DNA of 64,000 nucleotides. Origin: the human T2T-CHM13v2.0 reference genome, Homo sapiens. Where the stretch lies: NCBI RefSeq assembly GCF_009914755.1, contig NC_060931.1. The stretch is one strand, 5' to 3'. Numbering within the stretch: position 1 is the stretch's first letter; each line of letters opens with the position of its first letter. The notes below the pieces were generated by a model. That model saw only the letters and a list, made by a program, of their open reading frames with translations. It was not told the DNA's origin and ran no database searches. Shown here one piece after another: positions 15,560 through 29,925 of the stretch. Position numbers and translations under genes: made by a program.

Positions 15560-17320
15560 GCAAACCTCCTGTTATCTTTCCTAGTTTAAAAAAGTCTCTC
15601 TCGACCTCACTAACTCCTCAACCTACCACTTGTTTCCTCTCCTTTCTTTACAGCAATACTCCATCAAAGATTTGTCTGTACTTACATTTAAAAATTTCCC
15701 TTTACCTATTCTTTTTTCAGTTCACCTCATGTCTCCACTAGAATTCTGTTATCAAGGCCACCAGTGACTTCCATGTTGCTAAAACCTATGGTCCATTCTC
15801 AGTTTTTATTGTACATGTCCTGTCAGCAGCATTTGACAAAACAGATGTGTTTAAACACAAGTTACCTAAGCAGTTTTTTCTCTTGACTTCTAGGACACTG
15901 CACTTCCCTGGTCTTATTTCCTGATAATCTGCTCTCTTTCAGAATCCTAGTTATCAATTTTCTGCAGCTCCCTGACCTCTAAATTTTGAGATGATTTTCA
16001 GTTTGGTACTTAGATTACTTCCCTTTCTGTTGATGTGTAGCTCTAGAAGGTCTTATCCAGACTCAAGGCTTTAAATGCCACCTATATTATGCATATTCCT
16101 AAATTTATATTTGCAATTTGGACCTCTCCCCTGATCATTTGATTCACACATCTAGTTGATCAATTGGAGCTTCACTTGCATGTCTAACAGGTATATTAAA
16201 TGGGGCAGACCTCAAACTGTGCTTTCATATCCTTCATCTTTAAATCTGCTTCTCTTACAGCTTTCCCCATCTCTGTATATAGCATATTAACCTTGTCAGA
16301 TACTCTGGAGACCTTCTTGACTTTTTCCCTTCTTTCTTACAGCTTACCTCTATCCCATCAACAAACCCTTTTGGCTCTTTCTGCAAATGTGTCAGACTCT
16401 GACCACTTCTCATCACTTCCCCTGCTTCCATTGGAGTTCAGGTCTTCATCATCTCTCACTTGAACTAGGAAAATAGCCTCTAAACTCTTCTTCATGCTTC
16501 TGCCTTTATTCCCCAAAAATCGTACTCAATGCAACAGCAACAGTAATCCTTTTAAAATGCAAGTCATCATTTCTCTTCCCAAAATCTTCCAATGGTTTTC
16601 CATCATATTCAGAGAGATGCAAAGTTATCAAAATGAACTATAAGATCTTAAGTAGCATATATTAGTCATCTATGACTGCATAACAACTTGCTACAAAATG
16701 TTACAGCTTAAGACAACAAACATTTACATATCCCAGTTCCTGTGGGTCAAGAATTTGGGTGCAACTTAGCTGGTTTCTCTGACTCAGGGTCTCTCACAAG
16801 GTGTCCACTGAGGCTGTTGTCTCCTGTGAAGAATCCACTTGTGGAAGATCCTTTTCCAGTATTGCTGACGAGGATGTTGGCAGATTTCATTTCTGTTGGA
16901 TGGGGGCCTCTCTTCATCCTTGCTATGGCCCTCTCCTTAGGTCAGCTCCCAACACGGCAGCTGGCTTCCATCAGAGGGTGAGCAAGGAAGTAAGAGAATA
17001 TGAGCAAAATTGGAAGTAGAGGCTTTTTGTAATCTAATCTTGAAAGGGATATCTCATGATTTTTGCTGTACTTTCTTCATTAGAAGCAAGTCACTAGGTG
17101 CAGCCCACACTCAAAGTGTGAATGTTAAACAAAAACATGAATACCAGGAGGTGGGATACATTAGAGCCAACTTAAAAGCTGCCTACCAGAAATAAACTGC
17201 ACCCCTCCCATTATATATCTGACTTTATGTCTTGCGACTTTCTGCTTGATCACTCTGCTTCACTTACACTGGCTCCTTTGTTATTCCATGTGTGAGTCAT
17301 ACCCTTTCATGCCATTTGGG
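15560..17320 (+). mobile_element. L2 LINE fragment (RT region to 3' part), interrupted by an MLT1 LTR
   Basis: 'caaggccaccagtgacttccatgttgctaa', 'tgtcagcagcatttgac' (LSAAFD motif), 'caatgcaacagcaacagtaatccttttaaaatgcaagtca'. Confidence 0.8.
16657..17190 (-). mobile_element. MaLR LTR (MLT1F/G-like)
   Basis: 'attagtcatctatgactgcataacaac...gcttaagacaacaaacattta...catgaataccaggaggtggga...gcctacca'. Confidence 0.8.
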
Positions 17321-19904
17321 CTAGACATGTAAAGAGATGTTTGATTTTTAAAGGTTACACCGAAATTCTAAGAAGTTATCTGAAGCAATGAGGATGGTGG
17401 TGATCTCGTATCAACATCATAGGAGTCCATTGTTGTCTTGAAGTCAGTAGCATGTTCAGAGTCTTGTTGCTGAGAGTGGGCTCTGTAACATATTACCATG
17501 AATTTATAGCATCATGCATGATGAAAATTATCTCAGGAATCATATGGAGCTGGATTTGTGAATTACAGGATTCTCTTGGCCAGTTGCAATTCTATTAACA
17601 GGGAGAAAGTGAATCTCTATTATCCCAGAACTTGTTTATTGGTTAAGACAAGAATTCCCTGATGGCTGCAATGCTGAGAATGATCAGAGGAGAAATACTG
17701 TATAAAACATCAAAGTCCAAAAATCAGATGGAAAGCAAAAAACAACATACCATATAGCTATTTATTAAAAAAGAAGAGGAAAACAAAACTACTACTATAC
17801 AAGTTAACCAGATTGAGCTTCACAAGAACTTGAAGCAGAGTCTACAGACAACCCAAAAAGTCCTCATAAATGAAGTGCAAAACTTAGTATGAAAAGATAT
17901 GGGTAAAATAAGCCATTATTGTAGAAGCAAAACCAGAGATATGGCCCTGAATTGTAACTATAAAAACAATGTACATTAATAATCTGTTTTGATAGAACAG
18001 TGATAGGAAATGAGAAAGTCTAAAAAATAAAAATATTATTAGAATGCCATTTTGGTAAAATGTTTGTCTTTGTTCTACTAGATCTTTCATTAGTACCTCC
18101 TTACGAAGGTTGGTTATGTTACTATACACTCCCTGAGAGAACTATCAGGCTTTGTGGGTTTCCAATGAACTTTATAGATGCTTCATAAATATTAAATAAT
18201 CAATTTCAATTCAGCAAGCAATGACAAGATCTTCAACAGCAGCACTACGTTTTCCTGACCATTACATTGTATACAAATAAATGGATTTTTTAAAAAGATT
18301 GAATAGGACATTTATTTAAAATATTTCTTCTTCATTAATTTACTATCTCCTATAAAACAGTCATAGCTCATTTATTATGAAATCATGTTTTCTACTTAAA
18401 TATCAACTATAATCTTTGAATATTACAATTGGTAGTGAAAGTATCAGATGCTAAGAAAGAATATTTTTTAAAAATAATTTCAGTATGTTTTTTAAAAGCC
18501 TAGAACTTGAAAAATTTTTGTTCTGGAAAAATTTTACAGTAAGTTAGATTAGTAAAGCAAACTTCTCAATTTCTATATAGCGCACAAAGAGGAAAGTTTT
18601 AAATATTATATATTAATAGGAAGGGGCCATAGTTTTGATTAAATGTATCTACTACTTTCTAATCATATTCTGAGTCCTCTTTACCCAACATAGTTTACTT
18701 AACATTTGAAAATTAAATAGAAAGAAATGCATCAAAATCTATGCTATACATTTGAAATTGATAGTTTATATTCAGTGTAAAAGGGATACAATTTATAGTC
18801 CTGGGTGACAATTTTATGTAACAAGGCATGAGAATGTAAAATTCCATTCAAATTCCTTTCTTATCACTATTCATGAAAACAGCATTTCTCAGCTGGGAAA
18901 GCTAACAGTGATATTACATGGTGACATTATTTCAGAAGAGTTGTCTACGATGCAGAATATCTAATTTTTTCACACATGAGTAAGGACTATGTAAAATTTA
19001 GCATTTAATTTGCATTCTATATGCAATATTTTAAAGGGCAAGGTTAAGTATTTTTTGAAATATTATCATAACCTAAAATTAATTTAAAAACAAGAATTTA
19101 ATATTTATGTACCTCTTTTCTTCCAAGTTTTTTTCAAATAGCTTTGCCAAAAAGAATAGTATATCTTGAAATACTAAAGATACAAACACTATTATTGCTG
19201 TTTTAGTAAAAAGAAAACTGGAGCATGGAATTGCATAAATGATTTTTCTAAGGCAATCCAAATAAAGTATAGGAGCATAGGAATCATAACATAGCCAGAG
19301 CTTCACTATTCCTCATTTTAGTGTTTGATACTATTCTTTAAAATATCAAAACCAGTAAAACAGCCTAATAACATCATGTCCAGGGGATGAAGCTGTTAAC
19401 TGCACTGTTTTCAAGACATTATGGAATCACGGTTAATGCAAGATCATGCAATTTAATTGCCTAACCTTATGGACAAGAAACCTTAAATCTATAAAGATTG
19501 TGACTTGCCCGAGGCCGTGGAGTACGTTAATAGCACAGACTACACTGAAACCCAGGTGTCCTCTATTCCTTGTACAGTGCTGTGTCCACTATGATTAAAG
19601 TGAAAAATTGAATCAGGCTACCAGATGCCTTGATCCTTTATGTAATTGGATTAATGATATAAAGAGTCTTGTTACAGTAGATTCTGACTTTCATATGTTT
19701 CAAATATAATATGCACTTGAGGCATTATTTGCTCTCACCTTTTACATGTAAGAGACAATTTTAAAAATTATTTTTGCATAATCCAGAAAGATAAGATGTT
19801 CACTACTCTTCAGTTCTTATTCATTCTCCACTTTACTTATTTATTTATTTCATTTACCAAACAACATCACTAATCTTATATTCTTGCAGTTTAATCATCA
19901 AAAA

Positions 19905-20102
19905 CAGGGGTCAAAAAATTTATTTGTAAAGTGCTAGATAGTAAATGTTTTTGTAACTACTCAATTCTGGTGTAATTATTGTTGTTTGTAACACCAAGGC
20001 AGCCATAGACAGTGTGTGAATAAATGGAAGTGGCTGTGTTCCAATATAACTTCCTTTACGAAAATAGGTGATTGGCCTGTGGGTTATGATTTGTCAACCC
20101 TA
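19905..20102 (+). mobile_element. MER58A hAT-Charlie MITE
   Basis: Termini caggggtc / tcaacccta; 'gcagccatagacag...gtggctgtgttccaata'; degenerate 8-bp TSD atcaaaaa/atctaaag. Confidence 0.85.
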
Positions 20103-20489
20103 ATCTAAAGCCTGATGATTGCAGAATGAACCAAGATGATGACAACTTGTGGTATTTCAGCTCAAAAGTATTTTAGTTCTGAAATAAAATCACCATCAAA
20201 GTCTGGAGCTCAAATTTTTCTAAGTTATGTATATCGGCTTGCTGAATTGGCATACCTTTTAAAAATAAAACTTATCTTTATCCTCTCTGGGATTCTTTTT
20301 TTTTTTTTGGTAAAGTTATCTTTAGTATTATCATTGGCATAATTTTTTTGTAGGCGAGAAAACCCAAGAATTTGGCAATACATAGGGTTGAAATAACACA
20401 TTATATGATTTCTTAATTTAAACAAAAATATTCCAAAACCTTTTATCCTCACCCTGATTTGTCTCATCTCTCACCTCTGCCTCTTTAGA

Positions 20490-21770
20490 AACCCCATGAA
20501 ATGTCAATAAAATAATTAAAAAAGGTATAAGCCCACTAAGTTGTAGAGAACAGGAGAGAAATCAATGGAGCAGAATTCTCAGCACAGTTTGGAAGGTGAA
20601 AAGGGGGAGTGACGGTGACTCAGATTAGTGGAGGAGGCTAGCATCAAGTGCTGCAGAGGAGGGCATGAATGAGAAGTGGGCCAATTCAAACTTCTAAGTG
20701 CAAAATTTCAGGGAGATTCAGAACTCGAAGTACCAGTTAACAAGGAAGTTAATATATGAGACATGGGGGAAAAAAAGTAGGAAAATCAGGTTAAAGTTTG
20801 CATGTAAAATATGTACTTGTATCCTTAGCCCACCCAGATCCCAAACTCTTTTGCATTCCCCCAAATCTCATTGACACCTCCGTAAATAGACTGGAAGCTT
20901 ACTCTGAAGAAACTGAGCCATAGAAGCTCAGGGCCCAGGGACAGCCAGCCCAATAGCGAACTGCAGAGAGGAATGGAACAGAAGCAAAGAGTCAAGTCAC
21001 AATCAGCACAGTGAATATGAAATCCTCTGGGATTCTTTTTCTATCTCGTTTCTAGAACATCACCCATAAAGCCAGAGGAGTCTCCTCTTAGAAAATGCAT
21101 GGTCCTGCAGAAAAAAATCGAATAGGAAACAATCACTATATATTGACATATGAGGGTCCCAATTATCCAACTTTAAGTTCCCAAACTTCTTTCTCCTCCT
21201 TCAATCTCTTCCTCTCTCCTATTCCCTGCCCACAGTTTCTATCAGCTTTTTAGCTTCTCATGATTAGATGTGATTTATCAGCTAAGGATTACCAATTAAT
21301 GTAAGAAAGTCTCCAATATGAGGAAAAAAGACACCAAATAAAAAATTAAAAACAATAAACAAACTCCCAAAACAGAAACCCGGAGGAAACAGACCCAACA
21401 CAGAAATGGAAGGAAATTTACATTTAATGTTATCAGAGAGAAGAAAATACTTACTGAATCCCTGAAATGGAAACAGAAAGCTATTCTAAAGAAACAGTAA
21501 CAGAATTAAGATAAATCTCTTAAAATTAAAAATATGACAATATAAATCATGGGCAGGAAACCAAAAAAGAGAAAATCTCATAAATTGTAACAGAGACAAA
21601 TAAGTGAAAAATAAAAGAAAAAAAAAAACTTAGAAGATTAATCCTAAATGGCCAACATCCAACAAATAGTTTCCAGGAAGAGACAAGAGAAGGGGTAAAT
21701 TATCTAAAAAAGCAATAAGGGGAATATTTTTGAGAAATTATGCATGTTTTAAAGAAATGTATAAAGTGTC
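20490..21770 (+). mobile_element. Ancient L1M/HAL1 5' UTR-ORF1 region remnant
   Basis: A-rich ORF1-like decay 'ttaaaattaaaaatatgacaa', 'ccaacatccaacaaatagtttccaggaagaga'. Confidence 0.5.
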
Positions 21771-21800
21771 AAGAATATTTGAATATTTTCTAATCTACTC

Positions 21801-22116
<316 letters not shown>

Positions 22117-22351
22117 TATGCCCTTTTTATATAGAGAGAATAGTTGTATTACATATCTGAGAATGTGATACCTGAAATTTAGAGCAAGTTTAAAACTTTT
22201 ACAGTGGAAATAAATTATGTAAAAAAGGCGAATTTTGATCTATTTTGTTTTAGTCAGACCTCAAATGAGAGTAGTGTATTCTGTGTTAGGTACCATAATT
22301 TCATAGGGAAAGAAACTCTAAGAGATTGGGTAAGGGGAATGGGCAGTTTGC

Positions 22352-22852
22352 TGTACTTATTATTTATTGCTGGGTAACAAAGCACACCAAAACTTTGTGG
22401 CTTCGAACAACAATCATTTTATCTGTTCATGCTTCTGGTGGTCAGCAATTTGAGCTTAGCTCAGCTGAGTGGCTCTTCTGCTAGTCTCATCTGGGGTCAT
22501 TCATGCAACTGTAGTCATCTGGTTGTTCGACTGGGGCTGAGTGCCTCCTATAAGTGGCTGAAGGTTGCTAAGGGCTGACAGCAGAGCTGGTCTCTACACA
22601 AGGAGGCTAGTTCAGGCTTCTTCACAAGGATGTCTCAGGTTCCAAGAAAGCGAGAGTGGAAGTGATAAGTCTTCTCAAGGTTTCTGCTTGAAATTCCTCT
22701 AATATCACTTCTGCTGTGATGCTCAAAGCAGGCCACAAGACCAACCCAGATTCAAAGTTCTAGAGCACGTATATCCCCCTATTCTTCGGACAAGCTGCAT
22801 GTGCATTCAGGGATGGAAAGAATTTGTGACTATTATTTTGCAATCGACTGTG
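22352..22852 (-). mobile_element. MaLR LTR (MLT1H/I-like)
   Basis: 'ttattgctgggtaacaaagcacaccaaaactttgtggcttcgaacaacaatcatttta...gctcagctgagtggctcttctgc'. Confidence 0.75.
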
Positions 22853-22900
22853 TTTACTCCAAACCACATCACATGAAGAATAGTTAAAAAAAATTAGTCC

Positions 22901-23288
<388 letters not shown>

Positions 23289-23416
23289 TTACAAACCCTA
23301 AAGGTCAGATCAAAGATGTGGATGAGAGTTTGAGAAAGCCAATTTCTGCCTAATGCAGACAACAGCTCTTTAAAAATTGTGAAATGTTGTATCACGAGAA
23401 GGCTTTGGGTATATGT

Positions 23417-23623
23417 TGGTCCAACCCACAGACCGTGGGCTGCGTGAGGCCTATGATGGCTTTGAATGTGGCTCAGCACAATTTATAAACTTTCTTAAAA
23501 CGTAAGATTTTTAGTGATTTTTTTTTTAAATTCATCAGCTATAGTTTAGTGTATTTTATGCATTGCTCAAGACCATTCTTCTTCCATTGTGGCACAGGGA
23601 AGCCAAAAGATTGGACAGCCCTG
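23417..23623. mobile_element. MER30 hAT MITE
   Basis: 'ggctttgaatgtggctcagcacaatttataaactttcttaaaac...cagggaagccaaaagattggacagccctg'. Confidence 0.85.
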
Positions 23624-25116
23624 GTTTAGAATATGGTAGAGAGATTTGCTTTAGAAGGACACTAGGCTAGATGACTTTTAATCTTTCTTCCAGTGCTGGA
23701 TCCCTATGAGTCTTTGCAATTTGTAGGGAGCATAAGTTGGTGGTCAAGACTAGAGATTATGTTTGGGAATGATCTGTGAATAAATGACTCATCTCAGTTG
23801 TGAGTTTATGAACAGGGAGAAGAACAAAAGAGAAGAGGAACAGAACCTTGGGAGATACTGAGACTCCAGGGAGGAAGAAGAAGCAATACCAAAGAAGTAG
23901 CACGGGAAAGAAAAAACAAATCAGTACGACTGATTTAACATAGTATGTCACCTCAGCATTTATCTCCTCATGTAAAATTTTGTACTGCATTCAGAATATC
24001 TATTTCATCTTATTCCTCTCTGATACATAAATCTTTTTCATCTGAAATTCCTATTTGTGAAGTTATTACTTGGTTTCAGAGTTATTCAGGCTCAAATGGC
24101 TCCCTCCCCTCAGAGTTTTCCATTTATTATAGCATCCTAACTAGTATATCTTTCCTAGGAGGATAAATTACTACAGCTGTGGGTTTAAAATCTATGGTTA
24201 CCTCCCAACCTCCTGCATTTTTAACTGAGTTTATATTCAGGCTCTTCAGAGAGAAATATGACTGAACAACCAGGAAAATGTTGCATTACCTAATCCAGTT
24301 GTACATTAGTGGCAGGATAAAGACAAACTCTAGGTCCAATAAGCAAGGTAGACAATTTCCTGGAGACTCTTGTATCTGCTACTTCTCGATTTAGCTTTTA
24401 CCTGGGACTGATTCCAGTATGATAATGGTGAAAGTTATTGATAAAGAGACATCCACACTTTTATGAATCCCTCCTTACTCATATAGCAACAAGACTTTTG
24501 TATTGTAAATTTAGCAGATGGAAGACCACAGAAAGAATAAAAACAAAACTGTCCGTAAAAGATTATTTAAAAACTTTCAAATGGAAAATGCACACTGCAG
24601 GTAAATCAGGTCAATCTAAAAGAGATATTTGTAGTATAAGCAGGACAAGCTACAAGCAAGCAAGGCTCTGAGTGAGGTTTCCTCCACAATCGAATTTAGA
24701 ATTGCATAGATTTTTAATGTGGGTGTGACATTTTGTTGAGGCAGGTTAAGTGAGGAGGAAGGCATTTCTGGTGCTTGGGAAGATGGCGTGGCTTGGTCTC
24801 ACGTATTCCTCAGGCTTTGCTCGACTGTGACCTAACAATGCACAGGTATGCCTGCCTGCCTGTTTTCCTATCTGGAAATGCCCTGGATGGCATAATTGAC
24901 ATTTATTTCCTTGAGGAATTTCCGTTAATGCAGATGTCTCTTCTAATACATCCATTACTAATATTTCCCTATGTTCTATAATTACACCGTCTAAAGAATT
25001 CACATTCTCCCTTCTAAGTTCTAGATACTAGTGACGGCAATATTTTGCAGCAAGGTAACCCATGTAGCATCCTTATTCCCTCAGCTTTCTACATAAACTT
25101 CTAACTTCTAATTTGG

Positions 25117-25173
<57 letters not shown>

Positions 25174-25247
25174 TATACGTGTATATATATATACACACAC
25201 ACACACATATATGTGTGTATATATATAAAATATATATATATATATAA
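25117..25247. repeat. Compound (TA)n(CA)n microsatellite
   Basis: Direct inspection. Confidence 0.97.
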
Positions 25248-25690
25248 TTATTTCAGTTTTTTCCCCTATATCTGAGGAAGATTTGAATAATCAAAACAGG
25301 TCTTTTAGGATCCTTTACGCAGAGTTTCCTTCCTGATTCCTTTTGGTTTTTGTCCTCACTTTCCAACAGTCAGGATACCCAGCACTTTATTTACACTCAC
25401 AAAATAGAAAACAATGTAAAGTAAAATGATCACATTTCAATAACTCCAACACCTAATTTGTGTATCTTCTTCTAACACTTAAGCAATCTGTGCTTCAAAT
25501 ACTTATTGCACATTTCTCAGATTCAGCAAGAACATCCCTCACCTACCTGAGGTGTCAGTAGTTACTATTTTTGCTGGTCCATGTTTTATGTGTTATTACT
25601 GGTAAACAACAACCCATATTTACAACAAATTTGAGGAAAATATATCAAGTAAGAAGTGAAAATTCTCTACTCTTTTACTAAACTCAAGCC

Positions 25691-25762
25691 TTTCTTTTTG
25701 CTTTTTTTCTTTTTGAGACAGAGTTTCACTCTGTCACCCAGGCTGGAGTGCAGTGGCATGAT
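25691..25762 (-). mobile_element. Alu 3'-end fragment
   Basis: T-tail plus 'gagacagagtttcactctgtcacccaggctggagtgcagtggcatgat'. Confidence 0.9.
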
Positions 25763-26784
<1,022 letters not shown>

Positions 26785-27293
26785 TTATATAGGTATATAT
26801 ACATTCTATATAAAAATATATATTTATATCTCTAAATTATGTACACATTTAGAAGCAATATGGTGCTAAATTTTGCTTGTTTTTGAACTCTACAAAAATG
26901 AATTTCTACTGTTTTTATTCTTGTGTACTTTGCTTTTTTCACTCGATAGTATATTTCTGAAATATAATTCATGTTGATATTTGTAGCTGTAGTTCATTTC
27001 CTTTCACTTATTAGTCATGTTCAAAAAAACTTGCTTAACCCTATTATTAATTATAATAAATTGTCCATGTATTTGGTTGTATTTTCTATGTGGACAATCA
27101 TAACTTTACCAAGTAATGACTTCTATTTCTTCCATCCCAACTACTATTCCAGTTATTTTTCTTATCTAATTGTTCTAACTTGGCCCTTACTCAATTGTGT
27201 TTTGACAAACCAGTGCCCTTCTACTCACCTCCTCACTCTCCCAATCCCTGATTTGTAGTATTGCCAATTTCCATAATGCAAATACTTCTACCA

Positions 27294-27529
27294 TAGTCAA
27301 AGATGTGCTACAATAGGCTTGTGCTTGGGGAAGTCACTGGTCTTACCATCTTCCCTATTAACTTGAAGCAGCTGGCTTGATAGAATGGTGAAATGGCCTT
27401 TTAAAAACACAGTTATATTGCCAGGTAGGTAACAATACTTTGCAGGGCTGGGGAAAAATTCTCCAGAAGGCTGTATATGCTCTGAATCAGCATCCAATAT
27501 ATGGTACTGTTTTTCCCATAGCCAAGACT
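27294..27529 (+). mobile_element. Isolated ERV-L internal (pol, integrase) fragment
   Basis: Frame from 27329 translates GSHWSYHLPY*LEAAGLIEW*NGLLKTQLYCQVGNNTLQGWGKILQKAVYALNQHPIYGTVFP, matching the ERV-L integrase core around the catalytic Glu (GLIERWNGLLK); two stops. Confidence 0.85.
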
Positions 27530-28399
27530 GATGCTACCAACTTGATTCGGTATGATCAAGGTCCATCAGGCCACTAGATTGTAGGCACGCTAGTCTACTT
27601 AATAATAGTTCCCAAGCTTTTATTATTGAATCAGATGTTTGCTGTAAGTTTTGTTTTTTAAATAGATACCCTTGAAAGGTGAGAGAGTTCTCTTCCATTT
27701 CAAGTTTGCTGCTAGTTTTCATCATGGTTTCTGAATGTTCTAGCAGTTTTCTGCACCAGTATAAGATTACCTTGTCTGTTTTTTTTTTTTTACTTCCTCC
27801 TTTAAACTGTTAGTATATAAATGAAGTTTATAAATTGTCCTGTGCTGATACTCTTTTACTCCTGGGGTAGCCTCACTTGGTAATTATCTGTTATCTTCTT
27901 TACATAATGCTAGAGTCAGTGAGTATGATTCAACTGTCTAAAGGTCCCCTTCTCATGTCTCTGGATTCTACAAAATATATTATTAGGATGAAGTATGCGA
28001 TTGGTTCTACTTTGGTTTCCAGTCATTTCTGGAGCAATCATCCAAGGTCAAAGGTGACAACATATGTAGAATAGCTCTCCTTGCTGGAGCACTCTACATT
28101 GAATTAAAGTTTTCTGAAAAGGAGACACCAGTGTTATGACATTGGCAGCTCAACTAAGAGATGTTTATTTATCCAATATGAAGGGTACTCTGAGTATAAT
28201 GTATACTAGGCATATTCTACTTTATGGAGTACTTTAATGTATTGATCATCATGAAGTAAATACATCAATTTCATAAAGACAATTCAGTGATAAACATTAC
28301 ATATGCAATGTTTTATTTTTACATACACAAAATTCTTGACTTTCGAATTTACCACTTTCATATTTTGGATGACATTACTACCAAAATGTGAATTTTAAA

Positions 28400-29925
<1,526 letters not shown>

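Noticed and set aside
17560-18000. Faint resemblance to an RTE/L4 endonuclease region
   Set aside because: Too degenerate to support by eye; needs a Dfam HMM search
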